Assembly: GCA_903825105.1 (NCBI GenBank)
Contig: CAIJZI010000006.1
Coordinates: 1,399-65,398 of the forward strand
Direction of reading: 5' to 3'
DNA length: 64,000 nucleotides
From: an uncultured bacterium
GTDB lineage: Bacteria; Patescibacteriota; Minisyncoccia; Phycocordibacterales; Phycocordibacteraceae
Shown: piece by piece, positions 46,369 through 53,516 of the stretch
Layout of the letters: each line of letters starts with the position of its first letter
Position numbering within the stretch: the stretch's first letter is position 1
Made by a program: the position numbers and the translations under genes
The notes under the pieces: generated by a model
Told to the model about the DNA's origin: nothing
What the model saw: only the letters and a program-made list of their open reading frames with translations
Databases searched by the model: none

Positions 46369-47151
46369 TTGATGCCGGTCGACAAAGACATCCTGGGTAT
46401 AACCGACCAGCTTCCTGAGCCGAAACAAAGGATATTTCTAACACTCACTAAATTTATACAAGCTCGTCAGAGGCGTGCTGCTGGAACGAAAAAACTTCGT
46501 GCAATTGCCATTGAGGATTTTGCAGATACTGAAATTACGGAGACAGACATTTGGCACTTTCTTGAAATTTTACGGAAGGTTTATCGCACTGTACAAGAAC
46601 CGCCGATCACAAGTGTGCTTACGGTTCATAAGTCATTGCCAAATCCCGGGATCACTTCTGGCCCCGATGGAAAGAAATATGCCACTGGCCTAGAGCCGGA
46701 AGTTATTACAAAAATTTACGAGCTTCTACTCGAAAAGTTTGGTGAAATCAAACCAGTATTCACAAAGGTTGAAAAACCGATCGTACAGGAGATTGTAATG
46801 CCGGGTTCGCGCTACCCATTGCTTATTGCAGATGACAACAGGGGGTATCTAAAATTTTATAAAGAAGGCCGTCGAATAGATATCGGTAAAATTACTGGCA
46901 GAAAATATCTTTTACTTTCCGTACTCATGAAGCCTCTTGGAACAGCTCGCACTATTGATTCAGTCTTTGATGTCATTTCGCAACCGAAGGACTGGCGTGA
47001 TTCCGACTTAAAAGACGCGTATAGAAGCGATTTTCGAAAACGCGAGCTCATAGACTATGCAATAAAGGATTTACAGAAGATTAAAGGTCTCACGGGTAAA
47101 ATAACCCTCCGCAATTACGGCAAAGATAAAATTGCACTAAAACTTGGTTAG
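46369..47151 (+). CDS. Hypothetical protein of the mobile-element module
   Basis: 260-aa ORF immediately downstream of the XRE gene. Confidence 0.4.
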   Translation: MMPVDKDILGITDQLPEPKQRIFLTLTKFIQARQRRAAGTKKLRAIAIEDFADTEITETDIWHFLEILRKVYRTVQEPPITSVLTVHKSLPNPGITSGPDGKKYATGLEPEVITKIYELLLEKFGEIKPVFTKVEKPIVQEIVMPGSRYPLLIADDNRGYLKFYKEGRRIDIGKITGRKYLLLSVLMKPLGTARTIDSVFDVISQPKDWRDSDLKDAYRSDFRKRELIDYAIKDLQKIKGLTGKITLRNYGKDKIALKLG

Positions 47152-47299
47152 AGGGTTTTAAAACACCGAGCTCATGGGAGCTTCGGGCTCTTTCGTGGAA
47201 GCCTTATTTCTAGGCGTATTTTTGACACAAAATTAGAGAAATCCCTCTCAATCCCTCTGATTCAAGCTGAGTGAGAGGGTTCTATACGCTCGGTCTCAT

Positions 47300-47608
47300 A
47301 TGACCAAAAATATAAAAGCAGGTGCGGAAGAAAGTGAACTTAATAAGGAAGTGCGAAAGTTCTTTCCAAAAGACTTGGATGTAGGGCTTGTTGAGTTTAG
47401 TGGCGCAGAAGATCGGCCGGTTCTACGAGCTGAATATGAGGCCAACATGTGCCCTTGCCCCACGTGCACGACAGACCCGATCTGTACTTGCGGGTCGTTG
47501 GGAGTAAATGGCCCGTGCAGCACATGCGTACCTGACTGCGTTTGCAGTGACGCAGATTATTATCACCCTTGTCCTTGCGACACGTGTGCCTCACAAGACA
47601 TCGTATGA
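47300..47608 (+). CDS. Small Cys-rich protein
   Basis: 15 Cys in 'CPCPTCTTDPICTCGSLGVNGPCSTCVPDCVCSDADYYHPCPCDTC'. Its stop overlaps the next start (ATGA). Confidence 0.4.
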   Translation: MTKNIKAGAEESELNKEVRKFFPKDLDVGLVEFSGAEDRPVLRAEYEANMCPCPTCTTDPICTCGSLGVNGPCSTCVPDCVCSDADYYHPCPCDTCASQDIV

Positions 47609-49497
47609 AGCCGCTCACTCAAAGCGAATTCATTGCGTTGTTTCCTCACACACGCTTCCGTTACATACATGATGTAAAGAAGCTGGTCGTGCAGGGGAGC
47701 GATTCGCTCGATTCATCATGGAATGAAAAGGGGTACGGCGTTTTCTATACCGTCAACGGGTTTCCATCCACCGGTAAAGCTGACGAATCACGCCTGCTGT
47801 CTCTCAATGCAAATTATGTCGACTTCGATGTTGATGCGAGCTTGTCTCAAGAAGAGAAAGAAAAGCTTATCCAAGAGACGCTCATGTCTGGTCTCGAGTC
47901 CGGCGCTCCAACGCCAACGATTGTAAATCGCACCCAGAAAGGCGCGCACCTTATCTGGCTCTATCCGGAACCACTTGAGCCAACTTCTGAGAATGTTGCG
48001 AAGTGGCGTCAGGTGCAGAAGCGAATGGTGCAGTGCTTTAAGGGCGATCCGGCAGCAAAAGATCCTTCTCGAGTGCTCCGCGTTCCGTATACGCTCCACT
48101 TGAAGAATCCCGCGAATCCTTTCGAAATCAAGATTGCCTCATACAAGCCTGACGCACGCTTTACGCTGGAGGAGCTAGATGTGTCAGCTCCGCAGTATGC
48201 GGAACTCGAAGCTGACGAGAAAGTCCCAGCAAAGGACTTGCTGACGCAGGGAGTGGAAATCGGTAAGGGGCAGCGACACACGTCGATGGCACAAGTCGCT
48301 GGATTGTTGCTCAAGGACGCAACAACACTGGAGCATGTCCGGAATGCTCGGTTGGCTCTCTATGGATGGGACAGAACCGTGGTGAAGTCACCCGAGCCTT
48401 TCCAACAGCGTAAGTCGGAATTGGATAGCACGATAGACGGGATATGGAAGCTTGAACTTGAGCGCAGAACAAAAGACGAACCGCAAAAGGATTCCCCAAA
48501 GACATTTCGCTTGTGGAGCCTCGCCGAGATATTGGGTCATGACTTTGGTGAAGAGCAGTGGCTTGTAGAACCCCTGATCACCAAACAGGGAATAACGGCG
48601 CTCTCTGGTAATCCAGGTGACTACAAGACCTGGAATGCAATCCATATCGCACTCTGCGTAGCGCGAGGTGGTCTCGTATACGGAAAATTCCAAGCGACTC
48701 AGGGCAGTGTCCTCATTATTGACGAAGAAGATCATCTTCGTTTGATAAAAGGTCGCTTGGAACTACTTGGTGCGAACGACACCGATTCGATTAGCTACAT
48801 CTCGCAAGGTGGTTTCAAGGCAGACGATAAAGATGCGCTCGCAGCTGTTCTTGAAATCGTTAAAGAGAAGGACATCAAACTCGTTATCCTTGACTCGCTC
48901 GTGCGTATTCACCAGCAAGATGAGAACGACGCGATGGGCATGGCTAAGGTCTTCAGTAGCATCCAACAGCTGATTGGCGCGGGCGCATCCATTCTCTTCA
49001 CTCACCATCATCGCAAGCAACAGGGCTTGGGGAATCACAACCCCGGACAGAGCATGCGGGGCTCGTCTGACATCCTCGCGGCTGTAGATTCGCATCTCAC
49101 CATCGAGAAGAAACGTGACGACAAGGATAGTTTGGTTATTACGCAAACGAAGTCGCGGCAGGCTGAGGCGCTCACACCGTTTCAGATCCATCTGCTCAAA
49201 GGGCCGTCAGGTCCCTCGGGGTTTGAGTATGTAGGCGAATACGATGAGAAGAAACTCAAGGCTGCTGAAGTTGCAGCTTCAATCGTCTTCTTGCTTGCGG
49301 ATGGACAAAAGAGCCGTCCAGAAATACATGAGGCTCTCAATGAGGATTTTGGGAAATCGGCGATAGATAGCGGTCTCAAAATCGCAGAAGGAGAGGGGAC
49401 CGTTGTCCGTGTCCCCAAAGAAGAACTTTCTCCTGAGGAACGCCGCAAAACCCACTATCGTCTCCCAGGCGTGTCTTCGAGTCCGGCCGTCGAATAG
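47605..49497 (+). CDS. Primase-polymerase (Prim-Pol) N-terminal domain fused to RepA/DnaB-like AAA_25 helicase domain
   Basis: 'YGVFYTVNGF…NYVDFDVD' is a Prim-Pol DxD motif. 'ALSGNPGDYKTWNAIHIALCVARG' Walker A-like motif; 'LVILDSLVRIHQQDENDA' Walker B. Confidence 0.6.
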   Translation: MKPLTQSEFIALFPHTRFRYIHDVKKLVVQGSDSLDSSWNEKGYGVFYTVNGFPSTGKADESRLLSLNANYVDFDVDASLSQEEKEKLIQETLMSGLESGAPTPTIVNRTQKGAHLIWLYPEPLEPTSENVAKWRQVQKRMVQCFKGDPAAKDPSRVLRVPYTLHLKNPANPFEIKIASYKPDARFTLEELDVSAPQYAELEADEKVPAKDLLTQGVEIGKGQRHTSMAQVAGLLLKDATTLEHVRNARLALYGWDRTVVKSPEPFQQRKSELDSTIDGIWKLELERRTKDEPQKDSPKTFRLWSLAEILGHDFGEEQWLVEPLITKQGITALSGNPGDYKTWNAIHIALCVARGGLVYGKFQATQGSVLIIDEEDHLRLIKGRLELLGANDTDSISYISQGGFKADDKDALAAVLEIVKEKDIKLVILDSLVRIHQQDENDAMGMAKVFSSIQQLIGAGASILFTHHHRKQQGLGNHNPGQSMRGSSDILAAVDSHLTIEKKRDDKDSLVITQTKSRQAEALTPFQIHLLKGPSGPSGFEYVGEYDEKKLKAAEVAASIVFLLADGQKSRPEIHEALNEDFGKSAIDSGLKIAEGEGTVVRVPKEELSPEERRKTHYRLPGVSSSPAVE

Positions 49498-49689
49498 CTA
49501 TGGCAGGTCGCTCGGCAAAGCAGGATATGGAAGTCCTCTACAAAGAGGCTGATGCTTTGTCGGAGCACGAGCATGACTTGGACGCCGCATTCGATTTGCT
49601 CTTTGAGAAAGTACTGAAGCGGCGGATGGAGTTGTCCACAACGCCTCTTCACAAAGAAATGACAACTGTGTATAATTAAGCATATCACT

Positions 49690-49884
49690 ATGGCCATCAA
49701 ATTTCTTACCAGAGAGGAAGTGGGAACTTATCTGCGAGTTAATCCTCGGACCGTTGATCGCTGGCTGAAGAAAGGTCTCTTGAAAGGCTACAAGCTCGGG
49801 AAGGGTTCGACTTCAATGTGGCGAATACCGGAGAGCGAGATAGAGAAATTCCTCAAGAAACACGCTAACAAGAAAACACAATGA
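49690..49884 (+). CDS. Excisionase/MerR-like HTH DNA-binding protein
   Basis: 'LTREEVGTYLRVNPRTVDRWLKKGLLKGYKLG' matches the HTH_17/Xis pattern. Overlaps the recombinase start by 4 nt. Confidence 0.55.
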   Translation: MAIKFLTREEVGTYLRVNPRTVDRWLKKGLLKGYKLGKGSTSMWRIPESEIEKFLKKHANKKTQ

Positions 49885-51524
49885 ATGATTCCGCATCAAA
49901 ACCAATACGACTCATTTCGATATATGCTCGTGTCTCAACTGCACGGCAAGAGGAAGACGGCACTATTGAAACTCAATTAGCGGCAGTACGTGAATACGCC
50001 AAGAAGAACGAGTACACCGTGGTGAGAGAGTATGTCGACGAAGGATGGAGCGGAGACACACTCAAACGTCCAAATCTGGATGAGTTGCGGCAGGATGCAA
50101 AGGACAAGCTTTGGGACGGGGTTTTGTTTTATGATCCGGACCGGCTTGCGCGTCGATATTCATATCAGGAGCTCGTTATGGATGAGCTCAAAGAAGCTGG
50201 GGTCGAAGTCATGTTTGTTACAGTGCCTGCCCCTAAAAATAGCGAGGATAAAATACTCCACGGGGTGCGAGGGCTTTTTGCCGAATATGAGCGAACGAAA
50301 ATTGCTGAGCGATTTCGTCTGGGTAAGCTGCGTTCAATAAAGGAAGGTCACATCATTGCGAGCCGCCCTCTGTATGGGTACACCCGTGTTGTCAGAAATG
50401 GTAATGAGCAGGGTTACTACGTTATTAACGAAGAAGAAGCGGTCGTCGTGAGAAAAATCTTTGCCTGGATTGCCAACGGGGGACTAACCATTCGGCAAGT
50501 CGTTCGAGAACTGCAAGTACTCGGTATTAAGCCGCAGCGAAGTAAGCGTGGCGTCTGGAGCACAAGTACTCTAACGACCATGCTCCGTAACGAGGGCTAT
50601 ATTGGAAGAGCGCATTGGTATAGCTCTGTTGCTGTAGAACCTAAGAACCCGATTAGTAAAGAAAAGTATAGAAAGATAAAGAAAAGCAGCACAAAAAAGC
50701 GACCCAAAAGCGAGTGGATGTATGTCGCCGTCCCAGCAATCGTTGACGAGGAGTTGTTTAATCGGGCAGGCTCTAGACTCACCGAGCACGCTACGCTCAA
50801 CCCTAGAAGCAAGAAATATGAGTATTTGCTGGGAGGAAAGATTAAATGTCCGTGCGGACAGAAACGAATTGGAGCTGGGCGAAAGCTCGGTCAATATCTC
50901 TACTACGACTGTTGCGATAAGGTCTTGTGTTTTCCGCTCCCGAGAAAGTGTTACGAGCAGGCTATAAATGCACGAATCGCGGATAAGCTGGTCTGGGCAA
51001 AACTATCTGATCTTATGAGTTCGCCCGACCTGCTCACGAAGCAAGCGGGTCGGTGGGCAAAGGCGCGACAAGACAAAGCCAAAGTGTCAGTTGGTGATAG
51101 TGCCGGAATGGAGAAGCAAATCGCTAAATTGAAGGAGGAACAAGAGCGGTACACAAAAGCCTACGGTTCAGGTGTCTTCACTATGGAGCAGCTTAAGGAG
51201 TACACAACCCCTGTACGTGAGAAAATAACCTCCCTCGAAACACAAATCTCAAAGGTTCAGCAGGCGGTGCGACGAGTCGATCTCGAGGCTCCGCCAACTG
51301 AGAAGGAGATAGAAGCTTTTGCAAAAGAGGCTCACGAAGCTTTGCTCGACTTGAATTTCCAAGAGAAACGAGCAATAGTGCTTTATACCGTAGAAGAAAT
51401 CATTGGCACCCAGCAGCAGTTGCAGGTGTCCGGATACATCCCGGTAACAACTACTAATGGCTGGTACAAAACTAAAGATAGGAATCGTCGGACTGCCGAA
51501 TGTTGGGAAGTCGACATTATTTAA
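49881..51524 (+). CDS. Large serine recombinase (integrase)
   Basis: Resolvase catalytic domain 'IYARVSTARQEEDG…'; recombinase domain; zinc ribbon 'CPCGQK…CCDKVLC'; coiled-coil C-terminus. Last 68 nt overlap ychF. Confidence 0.85.
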   Translation: MNDSASKPIRLISIYARVSTARQEEDGTIETQLAAVREYAKKNEYTVVREYVDEGWSGDTLKRPNLDELRQDAKDKLWDGVLFYDPDRLARRYSYQELVMDELKEAGVEVMFVTVPAPKNSEDKILHGVRGLFAEYERTKIAERFRLGKLRSIKEGHIIASRPLYGYTRVVRNGNEQGYYVINEEEAVVVRKIFAWIANGGLTIRQVVRELQVLGIKPQRSKRGVWSTSTLTTMLRNEGYIGRAHWYSSVAVEPKNPISKEKYRKIKKSSTKKRPKSEWMYVAVPAIVDEELFNRAGSRLTEHATLNPRSKKYEYLLGGKIKCPCGQKRIGAGRKLGQYLYYDCCDKVLCFPLPRKCYEQAINARIADKLVWAKLSDLMSSPDLLTKQAGRWAKARQDKAKVSVGDSAGMEKQIAKLKEEQERYTKAYGSGVFTMEQLKEYTTPVREKITSLETQISKVQQAVRRVDLEAPPTEKEIEAFAKEAHEALLDLNFQEKRAIVLYTVEEIIGTQQQLQVSGYIPVTTTNGWYKTKDRNRRTAECWEVDII

Positions 51525-52566
51525 TGCACTGACAAAAGCGTCGGTGCCGGCGGAGAATTATCCCTTTTGTACCATCGATCCTTCGGTCGGCGTGGTCGGC
51601 GTGCCTGACGAGAGACTCCAAAAACTTTCTGACCTTTCAAAGTCGGCGAAGACGATTCCTGCCGCGATAGAATTCGTCGACATCGCCGGGCTCGTGAAGG
51701 GCGCTGCAGATGGTGAAGGATTGGGGAATCAATTTCTCGCAAACATTCGCGAGACGGATGCGATTCTTCAAGTTGTGCGTTTTTTTGACGATACGAATAT
51801 TCTTCATGTCGACGGGACCGTCGAGCCGTATAAAGATATTGAAATAATTAATCTCGAACTCGCGCTCGCTGATATGGAGCAGGTGAAGAAACGACGGGAG
51901 AAGATTGTGCGCGATATTAAAGCGGGAGATAAAAACGCGATCGCGGAGGACGCCGCGCTCGCGAAGCTTGAACAAAATTTTCAACTCGGGAAGCTCGCGA
52001 TTCATGCCGGATTAACTGCGGATGAGAAAAAAATAATCGCGTCGCTGAACCTGCTCACGATGAAGCCGATTCTCTATGCTTTTAATAAAAAAAGTGGTGG
52101 GCACAATCTCGACGAGCTCGCTGACGGTCGCGCGGAGCGCGCGCATGAGCTCGTTAAATCGCTCGGCTTTAGATATGTGATGGTTGACGCAGCGACCGAG
52201 AGGGAATTAAACGATGTCGCGGACGATGATAAAATTGGATTCCGCCAAGAGTTTGGCGTGCCCGAAGATGGCCTCGTTGATCTGATCCGCGGAGCATACG
52301 ATACGCTCGGGCTGATTTCATTTTTTACCACCGGAGAGGACGAGACGCGCGCGTGGACGATTGTTCGAGGGAGCAGCGCTCCTGTCGCTGGTGCTGCGAT
52401 CCACACGGACTTCTTAGATAAATTTATTCGCGCTGAAGTCGTCTCGACTACTGACCTTCTCGCTGCTGGTAGCTGGGCCACCGCACGTGAAAACGCCAAA
52501 GTCCGCACCGAAGGAAAAGAATACATTGTTAAGGACGGAGATGTAATGGTCTTCTTGCACGGATAA
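51457..52566 (+). CDS. ychF: Ribosome-binding ATPase YchF (Obg-family GTPase)
   Basis: 'GIVGLPNVGKSTLFNALT' G1 motif, 'FCTIDP', 'EFVDIAGLVKGA', and a C-terminal TGS domain. Confidence 0.85.
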   Translation: MAGTKLKIGIVGLPNVGKSTLFNALTKASVPAENYPFCTIDPSVGVVGVPDERLQKLSDLSKSAKTIPAAIEFVDIAGLVKGAADGEGLGNQFLANIRETDAILQVVRFFDDTNILHVDGTVEPYKDIEIINLELALADMEQVKKRREKIVRDIKAGDKNAIAEDAALAKLEQNFQLGKLAIHAGLTADEKKIIASLNLLTMKPILYAFNKKSGGHNLDELADGRAERAHELVKSLGFRYVMVDAATERELNDVADDDKIGFRQEFGVPEDGLVDLIRGAYDTLGLISFFTTGEDETRAWTIVRGSSAPVAGAAIHTDFLDKFIRAEVVSTTDLLAAGSWATARENAKVRTEGKEYIVKDGDVMVFLHG

Positions 52567-52612
52567 AGCAATTATGGTATTATAAAATCGGGATTTAGCG
52601 TGGAGGATTCAG

Positions 52613-52834
52613 ATGGAAAAGAGAAGAGTAAGTCTTGACCTCAGTGTTCCTGATTTTGATGAGGTTGAGAGGATGCAAAATGAAGAAGGCATTGCTTCAA
52701 AAGCAGAATTCTTTCGAAGTTCCGTGGCTGCAAAAAAGTATCTTTACAGGGTCAAAAGGCTTCTTGACGGGAAAGATGTTTTTATTAAAGACGAAAATGG
52801 GGAGCTTGTGCGCGTAGAAATTCTGTTCCCTTGA
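52613..52834 (+). CDS. Small protein, possibly ribbon-helix-helix-like
   Basis: 'KRRVSLDLSVPDFDEVERM…' has the beta-strand-helix pattern of CopG/RHH proteins. Followed by a terminator. Confidence 0.3.
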   Translation: MEKRRVSLDLSVPDFDEVERMQNEEGIASKAEFFRSSVAAKKYLYRVKRLLDGKDVFIKDENGELVRVEILFP

Positions 52835-52854
52835 ATTGCTCGGCGAGACACCTC

Positions 52855-52890
52855 AAAGCCGCCCCTCATCGGGCGGCTTTTGTTTTTATT
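52855..52890 (+). terminator. Intrinsic terminator
   Basis: AAAGCCGCCC-CTCATC-GGGCGGCTTT-TGTTTTTATT. Confidence 0.65.
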
Positions 52891-52908
52891 GTGGTATAAT
52901 TCGCGGAT

Positions 52909-53448
52909 ATGGAAACAACACATCAACCGAAGTTTGTCCGTTGGGCACTTATGCTCGGCATCATCATTATTCTTAATGTTTTCTTCTCGGTCATTGTCTC
53001 GCTTGCTTATCCCGCACCTGATTACAATAAGTATTGTCCAAATATTCAGCCGTCAGTGACAGCTGCAGACTCTGCGGCCTGTGAGGCACAGGGTGGTGTT
53101 TGGAATGCCCAAGCTGTTGATCAGACTGGCGCGTCAAAGGCTTCACCTTCTGGTTACTGCGATATGTACGCAAAATGTCAGCCGCTCTATCAAGCCGCGA
53201 ATGATCAGCACGCGCTTTACGCATTCGTGATTACTGTTGGGCTTGGTATTCTCGCTCTTATTGTCGGCTTGTTTGTCCCGATCGGTTCGTCGATCGTTTC
53301 TTCAGGTCTTTCTTATGGCGGGGTGCTCGCCTTCGTCGTCGCCTCGACTGAATATTGGGGCACTGCCGGTAATTGGGTTCGCCTCTTTATCTCTACCGTC
53401 GGCCTCATCGCGCTGATTTATATCGGTTGGCGCCGATTTAAGGATTAA
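52909..53448 (+). CDS. Hypothetical membrane protein
   Basis: N-terminal TM, a Cys-containing extracytoplasmic segment, and two C-terminal TM helices. Confidence 0.4.
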   Translation: METTHQPKFVRWALMLGIIIILNVFFSVIVSLAYPAPDYNKYCPNIQPSVTAADSAACEAQGGVWNAQAVDQTGASKASPSGYCDMYAKCQPLYQAANDQHALYAFVITVGLGILALIVGLFVPIGSSIVSSGLSYGGVLAFVVASTEYWGTAGNWVRLFISTVGLIALIYIGWRRFKD

Positions 53449-53503
53449 GATGTAAGGTACAAGGTTTAAGTATATGAAATTTCTTTTCACTTACACCTTA
53501 CTG
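53447..53503. repeat. Inverted-repeat element upstream of leuS, related to a segment inside leuS
   Basis: GTAAGGTACAAGGTTTAAGT…ACTTACACCTTAC. Its reverse complement shares AAGGTGTAAGTG and CTTAAACCTTG with 54201-54254. Confidence 0.5.
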
Positions 53504-53516
53504 CTTATAACTGCTC

